NCBI RefSeq assembly: GCF_006345805.1
Contig: NW_021836840.1
Span: 1-37,112, forward strand
Length of the DNA stretch: 37,112 bases
From: Octopus sinensis
Lineage: Eukaryota
Direction of reading: 5' to 3'
The notes beneath the pieces are model-generated. The model made no database searches and had not been told where the DNA came from. It saw only the letters and a list, made by a program, of their open reading frames with translations. Of the stretch, positions 11,775 through 22,745 are shown piece by piece; the stretch's first letter is position 1, and every line of letters begins with the position of its first letter. The position numbers were made by a program, and so were the translations under genes.

Positions 11775-11920
11775 AGATAGGTGGTGTAGACAAGAAGCGG
11801 ATGTATTAGTATAACGCTCGGGAAGTGAAAAGGTCTTTAACGTTTCGAGCCTACGCTCTTCCACAGAAAGGAACACAGAAAGAAACAAGGAGAGAAAATA
11901 AAGAATGTGTTGTGGCTAGC
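11775..11920 (-). mobile_element. Penelope-like terminal-repeat fragment (same family as 1277-1523)
   Basis: Reverse complement contains cttt-ctgtgga-agagcgtaggctc-gaaacgtt-aaag and gagcgttatactaatacatc. Confidence 0.6.
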
Positions 11921-12299
11921 GGTATGTGAGTGAGTGTGTGTGTGTGTGTGTGTGTGTGTCTGTGTGTATGTGGAGAGACATTTGGATGGCTAGATAGATA
12001 GATATATAGATAGATAAATAAATAGATAAATAGATAGATAGATAATCAGACAGAGACATAAATTTACTGACAAAAAATTGGGCTGCCGACCAATATAGTT
12101 TTCCGAATTTAATGAAGACAAATGTGAACAGTTTAAGAAAATGAATATGAAACTATTTTTTCCAAGAAATCAACAAAACTTAAACAATATGATATACAAC
12201 ACAAATATCAACATTTATTCAGTTGGAAAATATATAATTACATAAACTGACTACGCCAAAAACACGTATACTCTTCATATTGTGCTGTGGAAGTTTCAG

Positions 12300-12430
12300 A
12301 ATGTAACAAGGCTAGCCCGTTTGAATTACAGGTACTACTCATTTTTGCTAAATATTCTTCTTCAAGTTCACAACGCACCGCCATGAATCGAACTCACGTC
12401 CTTACGATAACCACTTAGCCACGCGCCTCC
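12300..12430 (-). mobile_element. Degenerate SINE family B fragment
   Basis: acaaggctagcccgtttgaattacaggtactactcatttttgc and gaatcgaactcac...agccacgcgcc match 27910-28229 with deletions. Confidence 0.6.
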
Positions 12431-12473
12431 ACTACGCACATATGTATATATAGTGTATAGGTTTCAATGTATC

Positions 12474-12523
<50 letters not shown>

Positions 12524-12810
12524 ATGTTATGTATATGTATCAAACCAATTTGATTCAAAACCTTGGTACTCTGAGTTTCAAGTGTGTCGCTAGTCGTTGT
12601 ACTACCAAGGAGTTTGAATCAAACAGTTTTGATCTATATACGCTCACACACACGCACATCGGCAACAGTCGTCATTTCTTGAAAATGGAGTCATAAACCT
12701 CGAAATATTGAATACAAGGTAAGTCTACATTAATTCATATATTTGTTTTCATGTGATTAGCCTTGTATTTACTTGGCATTGTTCTGGCCTTACCCACGAT
12801 CCTTTATACA

Positions 12811-12867
<57 letters not shown>

Positions 12868-13261
12868 CTCTTTTACTCATTTACTTGTTTCAGTCATTTC
12901 ACTGCGGCCATGCTGGAGCACCGCCTTTAGTCGAGCAAATCGACCCCGGGACTTATTCTTTGTAAGCCCAGTACTTATTCTATCGGTCTCTTTTGTCGAA
13001 CTGCTAAGTGACGGGGACGTAAACACACCAGCATCGGTTGTCAAGCAATGCTAGGGGGACAAACACAGACACACAAACATACACGCAAACACACATATAC
13101 GACGGGCTTCTTTCAGTTTCCGTCTACCAAATCCACTCACAAGGCATTGGTCAGCCCGGGGCTATAGCAGAAGACACTTGCCCAAGATGCCACGCAGTGG
13201 GACTGAACCCGGAACCATGTGGTTGGTTAGCAAGCTACTTACCACGCAGCCATTCCTGCGC
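12868..13261 (-). mobile_element. SINE family A (OR1-like CORE-SINE), full length
   Basis: tRNA-like head with A/B-box-like motifs, CORE-like ttgggcaagtg, central CA-rich tract, tail ggcggtgctccagcatggcc..gactgaaacaagtaa. Confidence 0.85.
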
Positions 13262-14259
13262 ATACACACACACATATATATGCGTACACATATAGACATA
13301 AGTATACAGATGTACACTGATACACACAAACACATGTACGTATATATACACATATATATAATCTACGTGACTGAGCTTGCATGAGAGGCTGTGGCTCCTA
13401 CTTGCAATGAAAGTGAAGGAGATAATGCCATCCTCGTCAATAGAAAATCTCAAATATTCAGTTAATAATTTCTTTAAACAGTCGTCTATAATAACTGAAA
13501 CGATGCCTGTATCATCAATAAAGAATGTTTGAATCCAAGACAGAAATATCAATAAATGCCGCCTGTCTCTTAATTTTTGTTCGATATCAGCGTTATCAAT
13601 GACACATCGACAATATTTACTTGAGAAGGGACTGTGTAATAGAATAACATTTGTTTTATTAATGACAGCCAACGAATACAGAAGTGAAGGATCCTCATTT
13701 TCTATTTCACGGTCTGTCATTGTCTCGAAACATAAAAAAGGGGAAAAATTATGCTGTTTTTTCGTTTATTTTATTTTATTATCACAATCTGTTCCATTAA
13801 GAAATGTGTAAAGGGTTGGGTAGAAGAGTAACATGTATGGAATAACAATATTTCAATGATTTTTAAGCACAGTTATTCATCATAATGTTCCACCAATGCA
13901 GGAAAGAACAAAATGGCTACCTTTCCCGTCTTTTTTTGTATATAATTTTTTTGCCTTAGTTTATTTCTTTCTGTTTCTCTCTCTTCTTGAAAACTATTGA
14001 ATTTTTGGCATTCTTTTAGAATTGTAAGGCTTTCAAAATAATATTTTGTTCTCTCTCTCTTTTAATTTGTAATTCCTTTTCTTCACTCTAAACCTTTGTA
14101 ACACCTCTTAATTTCGTTACAATACCTTTCAAAAACAAACAAAAAAAAAACAGATTCTGGCAAAAAGCTTTCAAGATTTTAAAGTGAAAGAGGCAAAAAA
14201 AGTGAAGTATATATAACATTACAAAACTTCTCCTTCTTCTACATATCCTTCTCTCTCTT

Positions 14260-14965
14260 CTCTTCCTCCCTCCCTCCTCCTTCTGATTCTTTTTCATCTT
14301 CACATCCTCCTCTTCCTTCTTTTCCCCCGCTTTCTTCTTTTTCTTCTACATCTTCCTCCTCCTCCTCCTCCTCCTCATCATCATCATCTTCTACTTCTTC
14401 TACTTTTCTTCTTTTTCATCTTTCTTCTTCATAAATCTTTCTTCTTTTCCGCCTCCTTCTCGTTCTTCCTCCTCATCATCTTCTTCTCCTTCTTCTTCTT
14501 CTTCTCTTCTTCTTCTTCTTCTTCTTCTTCTTCTTCTTCTTCTTCTGCTTCTTCTTCTTCTTCTGCTTCTTCTTTTCTGCTTCTTCTTCTTCTTCTTCTC
14601 CTCCTCCTCCTTCTCAACCTCTTCCTCCTCCTCCCCTTCATATTCTACTGTATCTCCTTCAACTTCTACTTCGTCATCGTCCTCATCATCATCATCATCA
14701 TCATCTTCATCATCTTCATCATCGTTATCATCATCATCATCATTAGTGTTTGTTACAGTAATATTAGTAATAGTATTCTTATTGCTATTGTTTTTGCAAT
14801 ATTTTTTCTCTATTATTATTGTTATCATTATTATCATTATAACAATTTCCATAACATATGTTGCTTTTGTGTTTGTTGTTATGGTTATTATTATTATTAT
14901 TATTGTTGTTGTTGTTGTTGTTGTTGTTGTATTGTTGTTGTTATTATTAATATTATTATCGTTTC
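14260..14965. repeat. Compound (TTC)n/(TCC)n/(TCA)n/(TTA)n/(TTG)n low-complexity block
   Basis: Direct reading. Confidence 0.9.
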
Positions 14966-15967
14966 TGTTATTGTCACAATAAATTCTTGTGCTTTTTTGG
15001 TTGTATGTTATGTATAATTGTTGTTGTTATTGCTGATGATGTCGATCGAATGAAACAAAATAATAGGGAAAAAATGGTAAATACAAGAAAGAAAGAAAGT
15101 AAGAAAAAAGAGAGAGAGTGTTTGTGTGTGTTTGTTTTAGAGAGAGAGAGAGAGAGAGAGAGTGTGTGTGTGTTTGAGAGAGATTCTTCCCATATTCATA
15201 TACCTCTGGGTACCAATCGCCATAGTTATATTATAAGTACACATATAAACACTTTTACATTCACAAAAGGTGTCTCCACTCGTGGATACACAAGCATACA
15301 ATTTCGCACAAATATATGTAAATAAGAACATTCACATAAGCATACGTACGCATATATACATGCCTACTCAAACAGATATGCATGTATACGTATATGTATG
15401 TACTTATGTTTGGATATGTATGTACTCACGCTCACAACATGCACGTGTGCATACACACATGTATATATACAACACACAAAACATGCATACGGTTATACAC
15501 ATATGCTTTCTTGCGCACATGCGTAATTATTATTCACACAATGATCAGTATGTATATATACATGTGTTTAGGAACGTGCGTGTGTATCTGCGGTATCACT
15601 ACTCGTGTATACAGCAGCATACAATATCGCACAAATATATAGAAATATATGTATACGCACCCATATGTGTATTCATATAAGCATACTTATGCATGTTTAT
15701 TCAAATAGATATGCATGTATACATATGTATATGTTATATCTGGATACGTATGTATATGTGCACACAATCTATACTCACCATAGAAATGTATTCAACATAC
15801 TAAACGCGCATACTTTCATACACATTCACAGCATTCACAAGCCTTCTTGTGAACATACGTAATTAATATTCACACAATGGATAGGATGTTTATATAGATG
15901 CGTGTATACATGGTCGCTGAGGGTTACTTCCCACTCAATTTCTCTCTGCATGTGTGTGTGTGCGTGT

Positions 15968-16009
<42 letters not shown>

Positions 16010-16257
16010 GTATTAGATTAAATTTTACAGTGGATGATAGGGAAGTAGTTAATTTCGTACGCATTGTAAGAGAATAAATTCGTTGTTGCTTGTAATGTAA
16101 AAGCAATGTTATACGTACATATACATATATACGTACGTACATCCACACACACAAACACATATATAATTCTTTCTTACACACATATATATTAATATATATG
16201 TAAGTACAATATTATATATATATAATATATTATATATATATATAATATATATATAGA

Positions 16258-16454
16258 CAATTTATGATTGCTTGCATACAGTTTTTCGAGATTAGTGACG
16301 AAAATTTACTGGAAAAACGATATAAAGATTTGCATTGGGACCCCCTTCATCGAAAACCGGTGATTGTCGTACGCTGAAGACAGGTCAATACCCAGAAACT
16401 GCAGTCCTTGCGTATCACTTAGGTTGACGAGGGAGGGATGACCTCCCTTTGCAA

Positions 16455-16459
<5 letters not shown>
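16258..16459 (+). mobile_element. Penelope-like terminal fragment carrying a hammerhead
   Basis: Hammerhead core at 16374-16406; bounded by TA-rich tracts on both sides. Confidence 0.5.
16368..16412 (+). ncRNA. Type I hammerhead ribozyme motif with weakened stems
   Basis: cgtacg CUGAAGA caggtcaataccca GAAA C ugca G UC cttgcg; core intact, palindromic CUGCAG, mismatches in stems I and II. Confidence 0.6.
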
Positions 16460-16515
<56 letters not shown>

Positions 16516-16872
16516 GTTTTATTTCGACGAGGAGGTGTTTTTCCCTCTTTCTCAAAGTCTATCATTACTTTCAAAACAGTACTTCTTGATACACGAACCA
16601 TTTCGGCTGATTTTCCTTACGCTAGCGCCTGCCATACGAGCACCAACAATTTGACCTCTTTGAAAGTCTGATAGATCTGTCATTTCAATGAATTTTAGTT
16701 ACCTTTTTCTGATCATATCTGAAAAGAAACAGCAATTTTAGCAAAACATTAACGACACTAATAATATAAGAAAAACCATAAAAAACATACAAGCTTTTGA
16801 CGGTTTTATAGATATTTTTAAAAAATACGATGTTATGATGCTAGGTATTTCTATTATTTTGTCCAACACCTG
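16516..16872 (-). mobile_element. Tc1-family element 5' end: terminal inverted repeat and transposase N-terminus
   Basis: TIR-like caggtgttggacaaaataatagaaatacc (16872-16844) next to TA; ATG at 16683: MTDLSDFQRGQIVGARMAGASVRK-SAEMVRVSRSTVLKVMIDFEKEGKT (HTH region); broken at (TA)n. Confidence 0.8.
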
Positions 16873-17242
16873 TATATATAACATAAAGAAAATAGAGTGT
16901 TTGAACACAGCAAATTCAGTTTATTTACATAATGGTTAATACCTTAACGCCTACGCACGTTTCAATATCCACCTTCATTCATATTTTACAATTTAAAATT
17001 GCATTATGGATTTAGAAGTTAAAAATCTCTTCAAGACAATAGCTGACATATTGACTTACATCCTAATAGATATAGTGTTCCCATATGTGCGTGTATGTGT
17101 ATGTGTGTGTGTGTGAGTGTGTGTATGTGCAAATATGTATTCATGTACGTAGATATAGATAAGTAAATACTGTTGTGGACAGTTATGTAAATTCTATTCA
17201 AGTGAGATAGATACAAGAAGTGTTTTGGGGCGAGACAAATAG

Positions 17243-17292
<50 letters not shown>

Positions 17293-17599
17293 GCAGAGAG
17301 ACAGACATAGAAAGAGAGTAAGAGAACGGGAGAGAAAGAGTGAGAAAGAGAAATATGAGATATTAGACTGAACAAGGTGAAGAAGAGAAAAATATTGTTC
17401 AAGAGGATAAATGGTAGATTTAGCTGGAAAATTAAAATGTTAATGTGATTTTGGATAAAACGAGAGACAATTGCTCGTTTAACATAATGTCTCCTTGTTT
17501 GATATTGATAGTAGAAAGAGAGGGAGAGAGAGAGGGAGAGATTGAGAGAGACAGAAAAGAGAGTGAGTAGGAGTAGGTGATAGGATGAGTTTGTGTTAG

Positions 17600-18945
17600 T
17601 GCGTGTGTGTGTGTGTGTATGTTTCTACGTGTGTGTGTGTGTACGTTTCTACGTGTGTGTGTGTATGTGTATGTTTCTACGTGTGTGCGTGTGTGTGTAT
17701 GTTTCTACGTGTGTGTGTGTGTGTATGTTTCTACGTGTGTGTGTGTGTGTATGTTTCTACGTGTGTGTGTGTGGTGTATGTTTCTACGTGTGGTGGTGTT
17801 TTTTACGTGGTGTGTGTGGTGTTTCTACGTGTGTGTGTGTATGTTTCTAGTTGTGGTGTGTGTGTATGTTTCTACGTGTGTGTGTGTGTATGTTTCTACG
17901 TGTGTGTGTGTGTATGTTTCTACGTGTGTGTGTGTGTGTATGTTTCTACGTGTGTGTGTGTGTGTGTGTATGTTTCTACGTGTGTGTATGTGTATGTTTC
18001 TACGTGTGTGTGTGTGTGTGTATGTTTCTACGTGTGTGTGTGTGTATGTTTCTACGTGTTGGTGGGTGTGTATGTTTCTACGTGTGTGTGTGGTGTATGT
18101 TTCTACGTGTGTGTATGTGTATGTTTTTACGTGGTGTGTGTGTGTGTATGTGTCTACGTGTGGTGTGTGTGTGTATGTTTCTACGTGTGTGTATGTGTAT
18201 GTTTCTACGTGTGTGTGTGTGTGTAGTTTTTCTACGTGTGTTTGTGGTGTGTATGTTTCTACGTGTGTGTGTGGTGTATGTTTCTACGTGTGTGTATGTG
18301 TATGTTTCTACGTGTGTGTGTGTGTGTATGTTTCTACGTTGTGTGTGGTGTGTAGTTTCTACGTGTGGTATGTGTATGTTTCTACGTGTGTGTGTGTGTG
18401 TATGTTTCTACGTGTGTGTGTGTGTATGTTTCTACGTGTGTGTGTGTGTGTATGTTTCTACGTGTGTGTGTTTGTATGTTTCTACGTGTGTGTGTGTGTG
18501 TATGTTTCTACGTGTGTGCGTGTGTGTGTTTCTACGTGTGTGTGTGTGTATTTTTCTACGTGTGTGTGTGTGTGTGTATGTTTCTACGTGTGTGTGTGTG
18601 TATTTTCTACGTGTGTGTGTGTGTGTGTGTATGTTTCTACGTGTGTGTGTGTGTATATGTTTCTACGTGTGTGTGTGTGCATGTTTCTACGTGTGTGTGT
18701 GTGTGTATGTTTCTACGTGTGTGTATGTGTATGTTTCTACGTGTGTGTGTGTGTTTGTATGTTTCCACGCGCGCGTGTGTGTGTGTATGTTTCTACGTGT
18801 GTGTGTGTGTGTATGTTTCTACGTGTGTGTGTGTGTGTATGTTTCTACGTGTGTGTATGTGTATGTTTCTACGTGTGTGTGTGTGTTTGTATGTTTCCAC
18901 GCGCGTGTGTGTGTGTGTATGTTTCTACGCGTGTGTGTGTGTGTC
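17600..18945. repeat. Composite minisatellite: constant ATGTTTCTAC anchor plus variable (GT)n, roughly 55 units
   Basis: Direct reading; unit about 20-30 bp. Confidence 0.95.
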
Positions 18946-19309
18946 TGTCTACTACCGTTTTGAGTTTCTATGCGCTTGTGTATGTATGTATATGTGTCGA
19001 TTTGTATGGTTGTGTGTGTGTGATTGCGATTGTTTTGTTCTTCTTAGAGTGATGGTGATGATGGTGTTGGAGGTGATGGAGGTGGTCAGGGACGGTAGGG
19101 GAGTGTTGTCGGATCTGACATATTTAGTAACAGCAGCAGCAGCAGCAGCAACGGTAGTAGTAGTAGTAGTATAGTAGTAGTAGTACTAGTAGTGGAAGAG
19201 AATTAATAAACGATGAGAGTGCTAAAGATTTTGGTGCTGTAACTTGTGGTGGTAATGTCGTTGGTGATATTGGTGGTGGTGCTGGTGGTGGTGGTGTGAC
19301 GATGGTGTT

Positions 19310-19708
19310 GTTGTAGTTGTTGTTGTTCTTGCTGCTGTTGCTGTTGTTGTTGAGTGAAGTGGTCTTCGTCCTCTTGGGAGAAGTTCGAAACGTGGTCCTT
19401 TGCTATTCGTAAGACCCGCAGAAGAGAAAGCAGGTCAACCCCCGACACCGAGAGCATCGACGGATGGATGAATGCGCATCCAGGCTAAGTGGTTGCGTAG
19501 GAAGTCGGGGAGGACAAGAAACAGGAAGAAAGAGTGAGAGAAAGTTGGGGCGAAAGAGTACAACAGGGGTCGCCACCACCCCTGCCGGAGCCTCGTGGAG
19601 CTTTAGGTGTTTTCACTCAATGAACACACACAACGCCCGGTCTCTGAATCGAAACCGCGATTCTCCGACCGCGAATCCTCTGCCCTAACCATTGGGCCAT
19701 TGCGCCTC
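19310..19708 (-). mobile_element. tRNA-derived SINE family C with (CAA/CAG)n tail
   Basis: Head gaggcgcaatggcccaatggttagggcag...gtttcgattc...gcgttgtgtgtgttcattgag resembles the family B head; distinct 3' body ending in a caa-rich tail. Confidence 0.65.
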
Positions 19709-20087
19709 TTGCTGCTGCTGCTGCTGCTGCTGCTGTTAGTATTGGTGATGTGGTATTACGGTTCAGTTTTCTGGTGGGTTAGTTTGTATGGGTTGTTAAG
19801 ATATTATTGCTGTTGATGTCTAAGGAGCTGAAAAAAATTACTGGCAAAATTGATGAGAAAATGTGAAAACGAACTACAAAAGACTGTGTGTGCTTTGTAG
19901 GGACATAAATGTATATGACAAGTCCAGGGAGGTGGGTTAACTCCTGCTGGATTCGAACCAAAATATGGGCCTACACTCTTTTACGTTTACAAAAATGAAT
20001 GCTCTTCATTTTAGATCTATCGAGCTAGCTAGCCATCTACATATTTCACTCTCTCCCCCCACACTCTCTCTCTGTCGCTCTGTGTGT

Positions 20088-20270
20088 GTGAAGGTGCATG
20101 GCTCAGTGATTAAGGTGTTGTTCTCACGATTGCAAGATCGTGAGGTTGATTCCCAGACCGGGCGTTGTGTTGTGTTGTTGAGCAATGAACTTCATTTCAC
20201 GTTGCTCTGCGATCATTTCGTCATCTGATATGTGACACTCGTTGCACCTGTACAGGTAATGCTGATAGAA
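20088..20270 (+). mobile_element. Degenerate SINE family B-like copy
   Basis: gtgaaggtgcatggctcagtgattaagg...ttgagcaatgaacttcatttcacgttgctc matches the family B head and CORE. Confidence 0.65.
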
Positions 20271-20453
20271 TAAGATTGAATGGAATTAATGTAGGCAACT
20301 TTATCTGTATATCCTGCTTTACTCCTCCTTTTCTATAGGAATCCTTTGACTTTATATCCTCTAATGGTTTAAAAAGAAATTAATAGCGTTCCGTTCATCA
20401 TTATACACATCCATCACATTCTGTTAAAATGATGAGTTTGGTTTATTTCTTTC

Positions 20454-20540
20454 CTTCCCTGACGAGAAGATTACATTGTTTTATACCATTTTATTCCTTT
20501 GGAATAATACCAATGTTGTCTTCGAAACATGTGTCGGAAG
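20454..20540 (+). ncRNA. Type I hammerhead ribozyme motif, intact
   Basis: cttcc CUGACGA gaaga-[insert]-tcttc GAAA C augu G UC ggaag; perfect 5-bp stem I and complete core. Confidence 0.85.
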
Positions 20541-20807
20541 TAAAAGAATTTGAATAACACCTGCGTTTAACTCCATTTATTTACTTATATAAAATATTTC
20601 ACATCAACTCGGAGTTTCTACCTTTACAAACAGGGTGTTACGTCTTTATTACTTGTGTGAATTTTGCTGCGCTGGTCTCTGTTTATGCATTTTCCCCGTG
20701 TTAATTGTAAACAAGGAAAAATACACACATCCATTTATATCTATGCATATATATACATTTTTGTACGAATCTATCTGTGTATTTCTTTCTTTTTCTTTCT
20801 CTTTATT

Positions 20808-20853
<46 letters not shown>

Positions 20854-21046
20854 AGATAAATAAAAATATATGCATACATACAAACATATATGTACGTAAT
20901 ACATCTACAGTATATATACATGCATATATAAATAATTATACGAAGTACAGGAATCACAATAAGACGTAGTAGAAACAGAAAAAACAAAAAACAAGAAAAC
21001 GGAAAAACGAAATGGAGTTTAACGCAGGTTGTAATCAAATATTTTT

Positions 21047-21129
21047 ACTTCGACACATGTTTCGAAAATTCCACTGATACTATTCAAAAGAATAATGGTA
21101 TAAACAATGCAATCTTCTCCTCAGGAAAG
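21047..21129 (-). ncRNA. Type I hammerhead ribozyme motif, inverted paralog of 20454-20540
   Basis: tttc CUGAGGA gaaga-[insert]-ttttc GAAA C augu G UC gaag; core intact, stems retained via G-U pairs. Confidence 0.75.
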
Positions 21130-21565
21130 TGAAAAAAACGAAACTCGTCAATACGACATTTTAGCAAAAATGATGGATTTGTATAGTGATAGACATAACG
21201 CCATTAATATTGTTTAAAAAAACGTTATATGATATAACGTCATAAGTAGCTAACAGAAAGAGTAGGGATATTAATAGTGAATGTTAAATATAAAGGAAAT
21301 TAAGGTTTAAAGTATATATAATGATAGAGACTACTTATATGCACTAAATGTATGTTTTTGCCAATGCTTACATCTGTATGCTCGCTCTATAACTATATAT
21401 ATATAAATATATATATGTTCTATATTGTGACATATAAATAATCCTCTTTTTATCTAATATCGAGTCTCATTCTTTTGTTGTTATTATTTTTTATTATTTC
21501 AAAATCATTATTGTTTGTTATTTCCTTCCACTAAAATTGCTGGCCTTGAGCCAAAATTTAAAAGC

Positions 21566-22480
21566 ATTATTATTATTAATATTACTATTATTTTTATTAT
21601 TATTATTATTATTATTATATATTATTATATTATTATTATTATTATTATATTCAATAGTTTTATTTTTATAGCGTGCTTTCACTTCACTACCGAGCGCAGC
21701 TCTGTGTGCTTGGGTATGTGCTGTGATTTGTTGTGATGCTCTGATGGATTGTATGGAAAGTGTTCTGCGCATGATGTGTGCAGTGCCTAGTAGTGCAATT
21801 TTCTGTATGTTATATGTGTTTGTAAGTCCTGGTATTTTGTTATGTATTTGTCTGATATTTTTTTATCATGCCTAATGCACCTACTATGATAGGAATTGTT
21901 TCTGTTTTCAGATTCCACATTCTGGTTACCTCTATTTCCAGGTCTTTGTATTTTGAGAGTTTCTCCATTTCTTTTAGAGGACACGTTGTCATCAGCCGGT
22001 ATTGATACATCAATTAGAAAGCATTTTTTTTCTTCATGATCTCTGACAACTATATCTGGTCTGTTCCTAATTCTCTATCTGTGTGTATCGGCATATCCCA
22101 GAGTATGGTTGCTTTCTCGTTTTCTGTGACCTTTCTGGTGTGTGCCTATACCATCTTTTTCTGTTGTTATTCATAATGTTGGCATAGCTTCCAATGTATG
22201 TAGGTTCCAACTCTGTCATGTCTGTGAATATATTCTTTCTTAGCCAGGACTGGGCAGCTAGAGATAATATGATTTATTGTTTTCTTGTCCATCTCCACAA
22301 TATTCTGCAGTTACTTGTAAATTTATTTCATTACAGGTTTTTGGTAATTTCTGGGGTGGGGGGCTTTGGTCTTGTGCTGCAATTAAAAATCCCTCTGTCT
22401 CTGCTTTGAGTCCTGAGCTTCTCAACCATTGCTGGGATTTTTCTTTGTCTAATTCTTTTGCGTTTAGTTTAGTCATTATT
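21566..22480 (-). mobile_element. R4/Dong-like RLE-type non-LTR retrotransposon, 5'-truncated, frameshifted
   Basis: WLRSSGLKAETEGFLIAAQDQS; CCHC knuckle remnant (CGDGQE..H..SSC); RHDRVGTYIHW; RPDIVV..LIDVSIP (PD..D nuclease); KYKDLEIE; LLGTAHIMRR; 3'UTR ending in (TAA)n. Confidence 0.85.
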
Positions 22481-22483
22481 ATA

Positions 22484-22498
22484 ATTATTATATTATTA

Positions 22499-22546
<48 letters not shown>

Positions 22547-22560
22547 CATTATCATCATCA

Positions 22561-22614
<54 letters not shown>
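22484..22614. repeat. (TAT)n/(CAT)n microsatellite
   Basis: Direct reading. Confidence 0.95.
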
Positions 22615-22616
<2 letters not shown>

Positions 22617-22688
22617 CTATATGTGTGTGTGTGCGCTTGTGTGCTGTTTTTTTTTGTGTACCTCCTTTAGCGCGCACTCAGGTGAATC

Positions 22689-22745
<57 letters not shown>

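Noticed and set aside
10457-11920. Composite transposon: Tc1 remnant between inverted copies of one repeat
   Set aside because: The flanks belong to a dispersed family also found at 1277-1523, have unequal extents, and lack Tc1 TIR features or a TA duplication
14400-14852. Acidic/basic (D/E/R/K-rich) protein
   Set aside because: Translation of (TTC)n/(TCA)n simple repeats; no complex sequence
16946-17039. Additional minus-strand hammerhead (UUGAAGA...GAAAC gtgc GUA)
   Set aside because: C3U without a compensating change and poorly paired stems I and II; at best a heavily decayed relic
17600-18945. CRISPR-like repeat/spacer array and 200-480 aa Cys/Val-rich ORFs
   Set aside because: The spacers are pure (GT)n, and the ORFs exist only because the repeat lacks stop codons
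19203-19457. PolyQ protein exon (LLRVLRIAK...QQQQ)
   Set aside because: Better explained as the 3' body and (CAA)n tail of a SINE; its pyrimidine tract belongs to the SINE
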